Below the pieces are notes generated by a model. That model saw only the letters and a program-made list of their open reading frames with translations. It did not search any database and was not told where the DNA came from. From Octopus vulgaris (lineage: Eukaryota): a DNA stretch of 64,000 nt. The position numbers and the translations under genes were made by a program. Positions 1 through 14,865 of the stretch are shown here, piece by piece. The stretch spans positions 9,548,001 through 9,612,000 of the forward strand of contig OX597828.1 of assembly GCA_951406725.2 (NCBI GenBank). Reading direction: 5' to 3'. The first letter of the stretch is position 1; the number at the start of each line of letters is the position of its first letter.

Positions 1-780
1 CGTAACCAGACCGGCTGTCCAGTGACCCGCTACGCTGCTGGATATCATGGACTTGTCTCTGCAGTTTCCGAGCTGCAAACACATCGGTTTATTCGGATTT
101 ATCTTTTCTCCTGCCATATCCTCATCTTCTGCTAGATTGACATTCACGCTCTGAACTTCCGCTTCGTCTTCACACTATTACCGCCATGTCAAAAGTAAAC
201 ACCGGCACAGCTCTTCCTCACACCAAATCAAAACGAATGACCCTCAGGTGTTCAAGCTTCCACAGCAATGGCTCGAGAGCCAGTACGTATAATAACAGCG
301 AGGAAGGAAAGCATTGATGGATCGACTGTGCTATAAGACAGTTCCTTTCACAAGTAACATGTGCCATTGTCCACTGCTGCGGTCTAGCCACTGAAAACAT
401 GTCCGAAACCGGCTGCCAATTTGCAATATTCAATCCTATCGAATGCTTTCGAAAGACCCTCATTGATCAGGACCCCATCGATGTCGGATTTCTTTCTCCT
501 TCCATTTATGATATAGTACATGTGTTGGAGTATCTCACGGGTGGTGCTTTTAAGGATTTCGCATATTTGTGCAACTCCGACGAAACGACCTATGAGAAGC
601 GCCAGCCTCTTTGCACACAAACTCGCCAAAATTCTAAAATCTGCAATTTGCAAGATTATGAGCAGGAAAGTTTCTATAATATCCCTTTTTCAGCAGCATT
701 AACCTCCCCAAGCTCACGGAAAAAATTGCACTCGTTTTGCTGGTACTTGCAAAAGACTTGAATGCATCATCCAAACCACT
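1..780 (-). mobile_element. Tx1/L1-clade LINE ORF2 (RT) fragment, decayed, running off the window start
   Basis: Minus-strand translations give QIADFRILASLCAKRL..GLSKAFDRIEY (RT motif A region), SIHQCFPSSLLLYVLALEPLL (QGCPLSP-like) and GEKINPNK..LQLG. These are collinear with the + copy at 1850-2560. Confidence 0.85.
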
Positions 781-799
781 ATCTCAAAAGTTGTTATTC

Positions 800-3700
800 T
801 CTTTTCACAGGTGTATTTCACTAATGGTTGGAATGGGAATTTGGACGCACAGAAGTACTGTGTGCGGCTAGGACAGAAAAGGGATGCAAAAGCCTCGAAA
901 ACCTACTCAGGCACTTCTAGTTGTCTGATAGGTATCGAATGGATGTCCTTGATGTGCCACTGTGAACATGGGGCAACCACAATGGTCAACCAGAAACCAT
1001 CTATATAGATTATTTGTTAGGTCAGTGGATAGGGATAGTAGGTTGTCCAGAATTTAAATTAGTCGGCTGGACATGTCGCAAATTTATGATCTTCACTGTC
1101 GAGTCAGATAGGACCCGTAGAAAGGGACCCGGTTGCTGGAAGTTAAACGTGTCCTTTCCGATACGCAAAGACTACAGAGGCCGGATTAGTGAACAAGTTA
1201 AGTGGCAGTTGACGGGGGCAATAGTCAACAACAGGTGGCGAGCCGCCCTGAAGAGGGTGATTAGTGCAGGATCGATAGCATTTAACAAAGAGTTAGCAAT
1301 TGAAAGGAATATATTAGGGAGTGAACTAGCAAGCGAAACAGAAGACGCGATTAGAAAGGGCATCGTGACCGATGTGTTATTGGCGAGAATGGCCCCCGAC
1401 CATTTCTACGAAGCAAAACATGAACGTTGTATTGTCAGAACCCAAATGTTGCCCGTGCGCTCAATCATGGAGAAAATAAAGCTGTCCGAAGTGCCTGAAC
1501 GGTGGAGACAACACGTGTAGATAAAACCACGTTCGAGTCTTTGACTCGAGACGGTACAATGCTACTCGCCTGCGAGCAGGTTTTGGAGTTCTGTTCGTAC
1601 GTGGGCAGCCAGCCGTAAGATCGGCGGCTACCATAAGGTTATGTAAAAATCGAATTCGGGAGGTGATGGACGATTGCACAAGTCGCACATCGCTCGGGTT
1701 TGGATGGTCTGCTTTATGAATTCTGTGTATTCATGCCATACTTGTTGGTGATCTCTTGGCAGATGTCTACATCAACTGGCAACTGAAGGGAAGAATTCCT
1801 AGTGGTGTTAGCCGAGGTGTGGTGACTCTGCTGAGGAAGAACGCCAACTATGGGGACTTAATACAGGACTTGCGGAAAATAACTGCTAAACACAGAGATT
1901 TTGTCGAAGATTTTTGAGAAAATGTTGGCGGTAGTTTGTTCGGGGAAGCGCAAACGTGCGCAATCTCGTGTAGGACTATCCCCAACAACCTCCTCCTTAT
2001 GCGATACATTAAAGAGAGGGCCGAGACCAAAGCTGGCTTCGGGGAGGGAGTGCTCTGCTAAATGTGGATCAGTCGAAAGCATTCAATAGGGTCAAACATC
2101 GCTACTTGGAAGCCTTCCTCAAAGCAGGCGGTTTCGAACTCGTGTTCAGATGTTGGATCGCTGCAATGCACAGCAGCACATTCAGTCGTCAAAGTACACG
2201 GTCACGTATCTGAACCGTTTGGTATCGCACGCTCGGTCCGTCGGGACTGCCCGCTGTCAACTCTTCTTTACATATCGGCAGCCGAGCCACAGCTCCGGAA
2301 GATAGAAGAGTTAAGGGGCACTCCTTTCAAACTGGGACACGGAAGGGTAGTGTCGGAATACGCAGACAACGTCACCATCATAAGGTCGGAAGCTTCCGAA
2401 GTGGAGACGGGTGACACCACCGTAAAGGAATAAGAGTCGGTTGCAGGGGCCAAAATTAACGCCAACAAATCTTTGAGTTTGAAGTTGGGCTCCCGGAAAA
2501 GCAAGTTGATGCGATCGGACGGCGTCGTGGGACGCTGGACCGGTGGACCAGTTAAACTGCTCTGGGTTTGGTTTAATCCCGACCTCCAGGTTGAGGAGAA
2601 CTGGGACGAGGTGGTCAACAGAGTGGCCAGTTTTACCCAGAAATGGGCTGAGAGGAAGGTATTTCTTAAAGGTCGGGTAAATGTGGCGAATGCCTACATC
2701 GCCTCCGTTATCATTAATCGCCTGACCGTCGTGCCTCGTCCTAATTACTGCTTGACCAAGTTGAAGCGTCTCTTATTTAAATTCTTGTGAAAGGGACGCA
2801 TCCCAATGCTCAGGCGGACAGTGTGTCGCCAGCATCCTCTAAATGACGGATTAGGTATGTTGTGGCTCTAAATATTCAGACACCCTCTTAAGCTAATACA
2901 CTTGAAATTATTTCCTGATGATGAGCGTGCGTGGGCTCCGTTTGTAATGCTTGATTCCCGCAGCTCGTCTCCTTCACCGAGACTGTGCGCCTTATACCTA
3001 GACTGCCGTCAATTGCTCACAGCACTCTAACGACAGTACAATGGGATTGATGGATGTTCATCTTTAGAAATTTATAGAGGATTAGTGACGGGGAAGTGCG
3101 CATGACATTATCAAGGAGACAGGGCGACGACGAAAAGGAACTGGCTAGTCTGATCCGGAGGACTTTCCGGGTTGGAACTATCAGGGATAATTTCCAGATG
3201 TCTTGGTCTGGCAGTGCTACTGGGGAGCGCTACCGGTAAGATATAAGCAATACATGCACGGATATGTAGCCAGACGGGTTTCTCTGAGATGCACGCAGAG
3301 TGACGAAACCGTTCAACATGCCCTCGTTCAGTATCCGGGCATTGCTGACATGTGGCTTTATGACGAACAGCAGCTGTCACGTGTGGGACGGATCCGTCTA
3401 TCGGCCGAATATGTGTTGATCATTACCGCGCTATCCTCCTTTAATCTGATAGGTAAGGCTGCTTTCCTTTGCCTGTCTGGTGGCTGTGGCGAAAGAGGAC
3501 AGATACATTCATTTTTGGTACAGCTCTCATCATTGACTTCTTGAAAAGGAAATTTGGAATGGAGAGGGAAGTGATATTCTCTAGTGAGTTTATTGAAAGG
3601 TGCATAGAAGTTACAAAAAGGGCAAGAGTGGATGTTAGCTCTCTAAGTGTAGACCTGTGAGACGGAGAGAAGGAATTGGAGAGGGCACTCGCTCTTGGTG

Positions 3701-3960
3701 TTCAGGAAAATCTCAGACAGTGGGATTTCTCGATTATCCTTAGCGGTCATCCTGTATCAGGAGGGCTACATCGCTATCGTCCTCTCCTGCCCTCCTTTTT
3801 TAACCTTTGTATACTACGTACATGTCACTTCCTTTCCATTGTATACTTTGTAAACTTACATTTTTTTCTTTTTCTTTCATTATATGTAAACCCACACAAT
3901 TTATGTGTGTCTTCGTATTGTTCCCCGCATCTTTCACACTGGTTGCAAATAAACGACGTT
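800..3960 (+). mobile_element. Tx1/L1-clade LINE, 5'-truncated ORF2 (APE remnant, RT, C-terminal Zn finger) plus 3'UTR, many stops and frameshifts
   Basis: KGPGCWKLN at the end of the endonuclease; TLLRK..DQSKAFNRV; RRDCPLSTLLY; EYADNVTII (YADD); CLRCTQSDETVQHALVQ Zn-finger-like; pyrimidine-rich 3'UTR; AATAAA at 3948-3953. Confidence 0.9.
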
Positions 3961-3981
3961 ATTATTATTATTATTATTATT

Positions 3982-4756
<775 letters not shown>

Positions 4757-4989
4757 CGAAAACTCACAGCTTATTTTGCAGGTTCTTATAAAATAAATTT
4801 GTTTATCGTTGAATATATTTTGTTTAGGGACCGGGTTAGAGAATAGTTAACATGGAGATGACAAGTGTAATAGTCAACAACCGATGATGTTTGTACCGAA
4901 AGAGGACTATTGTATTACACTCTGTAATGTTAAGCTAGGAAATTAAAATAAAGTATTCTCGAGTAGAGAAGGATTTTGTTAATAATGTA

Positions 4990-6200
4990 GAAGAAACGCT
5001 AAATCCATTGCGACTGGCGTGCTGGCGGCGAGAGTAACCCTTGACCGATTCTTCAACGCTATACACGATGATTTAATAATCAGAGCTTGAGCGCGTGATC
5101 TAAGGGGAACAAAAGGCGTTTGGTGAGCCGATTGGCTAGGGCTAATGCAGCAACGAGTCTCAGTTCACTCTTTGACGGATCGGTTGAGGCAGCTGCTTTT
5201 CAGTTCCAAGCACATATACATGGTTTTCAAATGGTACTTCACACAACTGATGGAAGTGGAGTGTGGACTTGAGACAGGGATAGACTTGACAGCTTACCTA
5301 GTTGACCTTCTACAGCTCTCGGCCCGTGATGCGGAATTCCGTGAAAAGCTGATGAGATCTGACCAAATACGAGGAGCAATATCTAGCGGCACGATGTAGT
5401 ATTTGCAGGGGCTGGATGGACGGCCCAACAATCTTTATCATCATATGCCAAATTTGCTCGGTGGACTCAGATCTACTGCAACTGAGAGCTCAGCGGAAAT
5501 ATCTCCAGTCTTGCTAGTGAGGTTTTTGATGCTGATCAGGAAGGACTCGAAAAGTGGTGGTGGCGGTGGGGGTATTTTAACAACTTCAAGCCCATGATGC
5601 TGCCAGATGTAAAGTAGAAAATTTCGTCACGATGCTATCAACATGGGAGGCGTTTGTCATCGATAGTCTTTTAGGTGAGGTAGACACATGTGCTATACCA
5701 AACAAATATGTCCACGATAAACTCTATCTCTCTTCATCAATTAAATAGTGGGCCGGTAAAGAACAAGGCATATACGGGTCTGTCACCAATTTAGATCAGT
5801 CGGAAGCATTTGATAGGGTCGACCATCAACATTTGATAGTTGTCCTGGTTTCGAGACTGTATTCAGTAACTTGATATATGCAATGTGCAGCGATATTTTC
5901 TGGGGTTCGGAATAACGGGCAACTTATTGGGACTGTTTAGTATCGGGCGCTTGGTCCATCTCTCCACGTCTATATGTACTGCCTTTAGAGCCACTATTGA
6001 AGAAGTTCTATATGGAATCCAGCGAGAACAAGGACATCTCCGCAATAGAGTCAGATGCGAAACTCATCGAGAACATCGGTCTGGCTCATTTTCAAGGATT
6101 GCAGTTCCTCTTTCACGAAGCCGGAAGCCCACAACCATGGAGCAAAGGTGTTTTATCCTCCGTGGTGGATTGGCAAATTGGCAGAATGCTTCCGAAAAAA
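4990..6200 (+). mobile_element. Third Tx1/L1-clade ORF2 fragment, more diverged
   Basis: VLAARVTLDRFF; GLDGRPNNLYHHMPNLLGG; LMLIRKDSK; NLDQSEAFDRVDHQHL; ISPRLYVLPLEPLLKK. Same motif order as the 800-3960 copy. Confidence 0.8.
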
Positions 6201-7726
6201 TTATGTTTCTACTAACATCCTTTTACGTTCTCCCGCCTACGCCTCTTTCAAAGAAATAATTTCCCTTTATTTGATGTGAAAAATCATTTTTTTAAGATAC
6301 TAATGTCGATTTATTTGATTATTAACGTCAAATATGCTTGTATTTTATGCGTAGTTTAAAAATCATTCATCTCCGGGATAACATCTCTTCATTGAAATTG
6401 AATTCTTCTAGAGATGAATTTGAGAAAATAAATACCGGTATTGAATTAGTTAAGATTTATACGAACAAACTACAGAAATAGCCGTGAGACAAACAGCAGA
6501 AAATCAATAAGTATTTATTTATTTCACAAAATGTTGTTTACACGTTTTATTCTATAACTAAAATAATTTGTCTCATCAAGTTATTTAAACAACATTTATA
6601 ATTTATAATTTTATCAATATTGCATAAGTTTAATTCTTGATATTTTCGTGTGTTTTTTTTTTATTTCCGAAGACTTATGAAAATGTTCCTCTTTATTCTT
6701 ATTTTTAATGCAAGTTTTATTTTTAATGAATCACTGCTAATAATTTTATTTAGCGAAGATATTTCGCGCTGAAATTCATTCATTAAATTGATTGTAATAA
6801 AAAATAGAAAAAGTGACAACGTTGTAGAAACTATTAATTCTGAAATGAATATATTCTTGTATAGCATTTTCGCTTAGTTGGCCTCATCACACATTTATTA
6901 CTCTATTTTCGGAACAAAATAGCTTCTCTTTGAATTGTAAATATTCGAAGCATTTTTTTCTCTTTCTGTTATTTTTTTACTAAAAGCAAAGAACAAAAAA
7001 CATTTGCGAGTAATACTTCTAAAAATTATTTATTGGTCAATTGGATGTTATGTGTCGTTCTTTTAGATAAAATGCAAAACAAAATTCAAAGAACTTTATT
7101 CTGTTGCTTTCTTGTTGTCACATTTTTCTCCTCCTTTTCTAATGATAAAAGCTTTCTTTTTCAACTGTAGCTTATTTCTACAGTAGTTTATCGAATGGTA
7201 TATGTTACCTTTCTTATATCCATTAACGTATTGACAAGTTTAACCTGCTCCAAATACCCCCATGAACATTAGAACTTTTAGAAGAAGAAATTCTTTAATG
7301 ATATTAAATGTAGTAAGTACGTCTAGTTATTTATAGAATCACATCAAATTCGTAATCATAGAGCTAATATCCCGTAAAAAATGTCCTCGTATTTTCCCCA
7401 GACATCAATACATTTCACTATATACTACATGACTAATGCAACACATTAAAACAATAAAGTGCTACAACCAAGATATCATTTCTTTTTCTCTTTCTTCTCG
7501 TCAACTGCTATAATAAACTCTGATATCCATTATCATCAATGCATTAGCACAATACGTTTTTTAATTTTTGCAGCTTCACTCACAAGTATTTTCCTTCGCA
7601 TCAACTGATGTTGTTCTGTTGAACTGGATGAATTTTTATGGTAACATCTTTGAGACCAATACGTATCAACATATGTTTACAATGATTATCTAACTTAATA
7701 TTTAATATCTTTTATCTTTTTTTTTA

Positions 7727-7925
7727 CTATTGGCACAAAGCGTGATATTTGGAGGGAGGGAAATATTGGAGGAAGGGGAATATTCGATTACATCGAAACC
7801 AATTCATGACTGGTTTTATCGACCCTGACAGAATTAAAAACAAAGTCGATATGAGCGGAATTTGAACTCAGAAAGTAAAAACGGACGAAATGCTGCTAAG
7901 CATTTTGTTCGGTGTCCCGCCTCAC
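7727..7925 (-). mobile_element. tRNA-derived SINE family A, degenerate
   Basis: Matches the reverse complement of 24893-25127 (caaagtcga..gcggaatttgaactcagaa). Confidence 0.75.
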
Positions 7926-8672
7926 CACCCTAACTTAGAATTTGGTATCTTCGTATACGACCACCTTCTTTCACACTCAGTAGTGAAGTTAATTGTCGTA
8001 AATGATGACGGATGATGTTTGTTATAATATATTATTCATTATGTATTTATAAATAGGATCAATACATACCTCTATAAATTTATTTTATTTTCGTATCCGT
8101 GAAACATAAGTAAGAAAATGTTTTAACACTGGAAAGCATCCGCATACACAATGTCGGTCACTCTTTCCGCATCGTTACTATGGCTGAAGTGCTTCATGTT
8201 GTTCTACATTAAAGCTTGAGACGATTGGTTATATGTTTACAGTGGTTGTATCAGTTAAAAAGAAATTGGAAATACTTCGAAAATAATGTATAGCAGTATG
8301 GATTAGAATTGAATATAAGAAACGTGATATTGGGGATTAATAGAAGAGTAGTATCAAGAATAATCAATGTGGAACATATACAGAATAAGATAAACGTTCA
8401 GAATGTATAGAGAAATACTATATCTTTAGTACTCTACTCAAAACGTGACGTTCTTAGGATTCTCAAGACAACTATTACTCTAATAACTTCGTAGATAGTT
8501 ACGTATATGACACATGAGGTACTATTTTAAGCTAGTTACATGAAATATTCTTTATAAAGGCAGAGTAAATTTAGTGACACATTATTAAAAGAAATCTCTA
8601 TTTCTGAAGACAGCAGTACATGAAATCTAGAGTAATAAAACTTGGTAGAATTTATAGCGATGACATTTTCAG

Positions 8673-8712
8673 GGTGGAATCGATAAACAAAAGATGGATG
8701 ACGATAATTTTT
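8673..8712 (+). CDS. Candidate 40-nt exon (GGIDKQKMDDDNF), unknown gene
   Basis: Acceptor acattttcag| and donor |gtaagt. No homology support. Confidence 0.2.
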
Positions 8713-11700
8713 GTAAGTAAAATATTGCAGTTTAAATGCAGAACCGTAAGCGGCAGTTTAACCTGTAATTATAAAGATGTTATGAGCAAATTCCAATGTC
8801 ACGTTGATGTACAATTCAGCTCTGGGAAGATATCATGAAAAACGTCCTTTTGAATATAATAATAATATTTAATAGATTCAACATATTTTTAAAAGGTGTT
8901 AAGAATTACAGTGCTGCAAGGCTTACTGAAGATGGATCAGAATTGCATTTAGCTTATTGCTTCATGTCTGTGTCTTATGATGCTATTTCTATAACCGCAA
9001 ATTTTAGGATATTTTCTCTCAAAAATTTTAAGATTATTTATGCTATTTTATCGTGAAGCGAATGTAAATCATTTGTAAAATGTCTGCTATCTAAACGATT
9101 TTCTATAAGAAAACCATAGTGTAATCCTTAGTTTTCGAATAAAATATTGAAATCGCACCTGGATTGTTTGCAAACGACATATTATACAGTCTCTCCGGGG
9201 TTATGTTCACTCAGAAAGAAGAAATATATATTAGGATGATATAGCATATAATGATTTGAGTGTATGTCTGCATAAATTTACTATCATCATATAAAAGCAC
9301 TGAAGGATCAGAGAATATTACATTGTGCAAGGTATATTTCTGTTTTGTGAGTGTGAATGTTTGGGCGTCTTTGTGCTTGTGTTTGCGTGTATGTATATAC
9401 GTTGATGTTTGAATAAATGCGTGAAACGTACATGTATATTACACACATGTACATACATGCATGCGCATACTGATTTCTTTAGAGAAATATCACATTTTCA
9501 AAATTAATTTAAACGACAAGTGAATGTAATTGTATTTTCTCTCCATCTTTATATTATATAAATCTTTGAAGAATACACTGTGAAACATAGCTACTCTTGA
9601 AATATATAATGATAGCTAAATGCATTACTTTAGTAGATGTCAATATTAATTAAACTCTTGAAATATCTAAGAAACCTTTAACTCTATATTTCCATTTCTT
9701 CATAAAAAATAATAAGGATTCCCAACATTTTTGACCCAGCTGCAAAATGGAAGATTTTTCTCTAAACAAACTTCATTAAATATAAAAGGCAGCGATTTAT
9801 AAATTCCATATAAGGTGTAGCATACAAATTGGGAACTATTAATTTTAGTCACATTTATTTCTGTTAATGTATGTCTTTTGTTTTAAGTAAATTAAGAATT
9901 TCTTGAAATATCCTGCATCTAGTGAAAGAAATGTAATGTGAAAATTTAATGAGAATATTCCAACGAATCTTAATACTGTGCAGGCTTTTAATATTCGATT
10001 CTGCTGAAGTAAAAATTATTTAATTAACGATCCACCATTAACACAAAGAATAAGTAACATAAAATAGTAAACTTCTTCACTACCTCGCTCCAGATATTTA
10101 TATCTATCACTTTTAGTTAGATTAATCTCTATCTTTTTTCGCTATGCGTACGCTTTATTTTTGCAGTGAAAATACTCGAGTATTGCTAAATATTTTAATC
10201 TCTATTTTAGAATATGAAGCACGAATTATAGTTTAAAATGCAGATGTGCCTCTTCACACAAGATAAACAAGAAGAACGCAAATTATTTCCATGTAAGAGG
10301 AACATTTTGCTCTTTCTCCGAGTCTCAAGTGGAAATGCCCTACCTAATAAACAATGCTGAAGAACAATACCAAAGAACAAAGCCAGAATTAAGATTTAAG
10401 TTACATCTTTATTTCCTACTATTTTATTCCTTGCACGAAGTCAAGTCATAATTTCTCGGGATGAACTTTATTAAAATCGATTATTTGGTGCAGAATATTT
10501 CCATGTTCTGAAATTAAAAGAAAAAAGTATAAAATTAAACATATTTGGTATGATGCAATGGTAGAATAGTTAAGCCTATTGAGCATTTTATTTTACGTAA
10601 CATTGAGCTAGCATCTTCGTTCAAAGAGTTCAGTATGTGTCACCGGGTTAAGAAACTCAACCCATAAGTTAAAATCGTGCAAATGCACTGTGCTTCAATA
10701 GCCTTCTAATCTACAAATAGTCAAAAACACAATAATACTATTTACAACAAATATATTTCAGTGAAATCGATAATGACTCACTGACTGAAGAGATATAAGT
10801 TCAAATTGTCTCTAATGTGTTTCGTGCATTAAAGACTAAAGTTATGACTAAAGTTATGACTAAAGTTAATGTCTCAGTAACTGAGATATATGAAATGACA
10901 TATGACATTGCTGCCAATAAAGTGCTATTAGGAAAAAGGTTTATCTCTGAAATGCTTTTGAACCTTGCAATAAGACTTTAATACTATATATATTTAGGTT
11001 TCTTTCGAACTCTACTGACTCAGACGTGATGAAAATCTGACTGCATAATAAATTTGACATATGCATGTCAACTGTTGCAACCTGTATCGTGACAACACGA
11101 GGAATTTGAACGGGAGGAATCCTAAACCACCCTTTGTACAACTGTAACGACCTTGGTATCTATTGTTTATCTCTAGTAAAAAAACGATTGTGAAAAAGTT
11201 GTTTATCAGCTAGATAACATTCGACTTTCAATGTATGGTGTTCAACATTGCGACGCTCTCAGAGAGGATGCAGACCGGAACCACAACATTGGACGCGCGC
11301 CATGTGAATGAAACAAGTTGCCCAAGTTTACGAACAATTCGCAATGAAGAATTAAAAAGATAATATCTTTTCGGTCAGGTCATTGTCTCGTGTTAGATGC
11401 GAAAAAAATATTCACTTTTCTTATCCTTTATTTATTGTCAAGTCTGCTGCTTGGAAGTTTTGCCAGTTTTTGGTGACATAAATGTCTGCAACATCATAAT
11501 ACCTTTTATTCTTAATGGTCTTTTCTTTCGCAAAAAGCAAATTTGGTAATGATATAACACATTGAAAGCGTATAAATTGCCATAAAAGAAGCTGACTAGC
11601 TCGCCTGACTACGTACAATGATGTGGTTATAAATATATCGAAAGACCATTATCATCATGCTGATGTTACAAATACAGAATCTATTAATTTTACGCATAAA

Positions 11701-13469
11701 TATTGCATAGTACTAAGTTTACAAAAGACATTTCCAATTTTGCTGTGAAATCGCAGTCAAAATATTCCAAAATGATCAAATTGTTTATACATTCACCGCA
11801 CCAAAACAAAATCAAGGAATAAACTTGTGAAAATTATTTGGTTCGCAAGGTAAATTTAGGTAAACACATTCTAATGCACCGTCTCTTATAGAAGGATACT
11901 CACGAGGCGTAAGTTAAATAGGAGCTGCTCCTATTCTTCCAATACACTGAGACATATAAGCCCATTCTAAATTAATGCCTACAATTTTACATAGAATGAG
12001 GAAAACATTCGGCGAATCATACAAAGCCAAGTCGGTTCCATATAAGACTGAAATCGTCTGAATCATGCTTAATCATATACTAGAGAAACATGTTTTGTTG
12101 TGTGTCCGAATGAGCGCAAGTTTTACAAATAATTCACGTTTATCATTCATCAACGATTCAGACAATACAGAAAAGACCTGGGTAGATTTTAAAACACGGC
12201 ATTATTCAATATCATATCAAGGTGGTTGACGTTTCTGCAGCATGCTCGCAGAAAATGAAAACCAGCTTGAAAGTGTAAACTCCATGAGAAACATTTAATT
12301 GCTCTTTTGATAAATATTTGAGAGCGAAGTGAAATAGGCAAAGTCTGAGCTACACACCTAACTATAAACCCACCTAACTTTGACAGACACCTTCTCGTGT
12401 TTCTGTCTTTCGTTTCATCTTCTGTTTCTTCCCCACACCTTTAACTAAAACACATTTATTTTTTCCTTCCTTTCTGCATCGTTCTCCCACACATGCTTAT
12501 ATCCAGGAACTGACATACATTCATGCACGGTGACAGAATTTTTCGCGATTTGTTAAATTATATACATTCAATCAACGTTTAGAAACCTTTGAGTTTAGCA
12601 TTGCATGCATTGATTACTTTCATTCATAGTATTATTTACTCAGCATCCTCGTTACTACTAAACTTTAATTGTATTTTGACTGATTTTTTATTATGCGAGG
12701 CTTGTTTATGATTTGTATTTTTATATCTGTGCATGTGTGTAGTGCTGTGTGCATTGTATATGGGATGATGTTTGTGGTTCAATTATTGTGTGTATAAATT
12801 TTTTCTGGATTTTTTTAGTATATGAGGCGATGAATAGATGCCTCACTTTTTGTAAGTCCGAAAGTTGAAGAAAGTATACTGGTGTCGTCAGTGTGATACG
12901 CTTGTTTAGTTGTTGTTTTCAGAATATTGTACATCTCTGTGCAGATGTGTGAATAATTATTTTATGGGAGTGAGCAGTCTATTATTTGGCATTTTTTGTT
13001 TTTCAATTTTTGCAATGAAGTTTCCTAGTCACAGGCAGTATTTCGTTTATATATATAAATATATACATATATATATATATAATGTACTCATCCGTGATAG
13101 AAAATACAACAAAAATGTAGCCTTGTGGTAAGAGATAAATAATATTTATTTGAAGGTCATAACACATGTATTAAAGCATTACTAACAGTTTCATAAGTTG
13201 AGAAAACTCAAGCATAATCTTCAGGCGAAATCTGCATATAGCGAACTGATCAAATTGAATAATAGAAGAAATGCGAAAAACATGAGAAGGCAGCGTATAG
13301 AAAACGCAGAGAGTAAAAAACGGTGTTCTGTGAAATTATCATGTAGCTGCTTCTCTACTACGAAGAGTATCATTATACGTGGCCAATACAATGAGCTTGA
13401 ATCCAGTGGCAACTGTCGCGATCCTGTCCACTTGGCCAACAATGCTTGACTAAATCTATAATATAAAAG

Positions 13470-13800
13470 GCTGAGACTATATTGGATTATGTGAAGGTGA
13501 ATTTGAAAATCGCTATAAGTATCACATAGCCTCCTTCCAACATAGAGACAAAAGTAAAGCTACTAAGTTGCCTAGCTATGTATGGACTTTGAAAGATAAC
13601 TAAAGACCTCATATGATTAAATGGGAAGTAACTGAGAAATCCATACCTAATATGAATGGATTGAATACATGTAGACGTTGTTTGACTGAGAGAGTAGAGA
13701 TCCTGTTCAAATTTAAGATCCCTAACTCTGTATTGAACACCAGGCCAGAAAGATTCAGTGAGTACATGCATATATATTTTGAAGAATTGGAAAATTCCGA
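13470..13800 (+). mobile_element. Penelope-like element GIY-YIG endonuclease fragment
   Basis: TYIGLCEGEFENRYKYHIASF..KATKLPSYVWTLKD..IKWEVTEKSIPNMNGLNTCRRCLTERVEILF..VLNTRPE matches the PLE GIY-YIG C-terminal pattern (YIG; IKW; CxLCLxEK; LNxRSE). Confidence 0.85.
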
Positions 13801-14077
13801 CTATTCCTGACTGATTTGATATCCTTCCAGCCTTATCATTTAAAGTCTAAGGAGGATACCTCTTTTAACTCCTTCCTTTATGTGTTTTACATTTTAGTTT
13901 CTGGTTTTCGTATTCGGTTTCTCGTTTTCCGTTTTTTACTATTTGCATTTTGTATATGCTGGCTTCTCAATCTTTTCCCGTTTCTTCTATTATTCAATTT
14001 CTTTATATGGGTAGGATATGTAGTTTGTGGAGCTTTAAGCTTCTCTTGGAGCTTTAGGTGTTTTCGCTCAATAAACA

Positions 14078-14162
14078 CTCACAACGCCTGGTCTGGGAAT
14101 CGAAACCGCGATCTTACAATCGCGAGTCCGCTGCTCTAACCACTTGGACATTGCGCCTCCAC
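14078..14162 (-). mobile_element. tRNA-like SINE head (family C)
   Basis: Reverse complement reads ggaggcgcaatgtccaagtggttagagc...ggtttcgattccc, with A and B boxes; homologous to the head of 46020-46262. Confidence 0.75.
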
Positions 14163-14163
14163 T

Positions 14164-14225
<62 letters not shown>

Positions 14226-14237
14226 TATCTATATATC

Positions 14238-14308
<71 letters not shown>

Positions 14309-14357
14309 ATTTATATGTATATATGTTTGTTTGTGTGTGTGTATGTATGTGTGTCAG

Positions 14358-14392
<35 letters not shown>

Positions 14393-14690
14393 GTATATAT
14401 GTTTGTTTGTGTGTGTGCATGTATGTGTGTCAGTACACATAAATATTCTAGACAAATCTGTCCTACGAGCAGGAACGTGTAACTCTGAAAAACAGTTTTT
14501 GTGGTATTTTTGTTGCTTTTAATAAACTATATATATACATACATACATGCATACATATATTTATATGTTTGTGTGTGTGTGTCTGTGTGTATGTATGTAT
14601 GTATGTATGTATGTATGTATGTATGTATGTATGTATGTATGTATGTATGTATGTATGCATGTATGTATGCATGTATGTATGTATATATTA
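14163..14690. repeat. (TA)n/(TG)n/(TATG)n microsatellite cluster with an internal higher-order duplication
   Basis: Directly visible. Confidence 0.95.
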
Positions 14691-14821
14691 GTTCTATAAT
14701 AAAAAATAAAATCATTCATGATTTCATCACGTGGTCAGCACGAAAATAAAAAACCTTATAGGTAAATTTTCTAAATATTACATTAATAATTATATCCATA
14801 ATTATAAGAAGGGATCGGGTA

Positions 14822-14865
<44 letters not shown>

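Noticed and set aside
6330-7640. Short AT-rich ORFs including a signal-anchor-like MLYKNIFISELIV..
   Set aside because: No splice-site consistency or recognisable motif; expected by chance in AT-rich DNA.
10786-10870. CTGAAGA followed by a hairpin, and a 12-bp x3 tandem repeat
   Set aside because: No GAAA core or stem I/III; the tandem repeat is ordinary slippage.
13180-13235. Minus-strand CTGAAGA...GAAAC...GTA hammerhead-like string
   Set aside because: Stem I and the base of stem II do not pair, and the motif is not conserved in the inverted homologue at ~14050.
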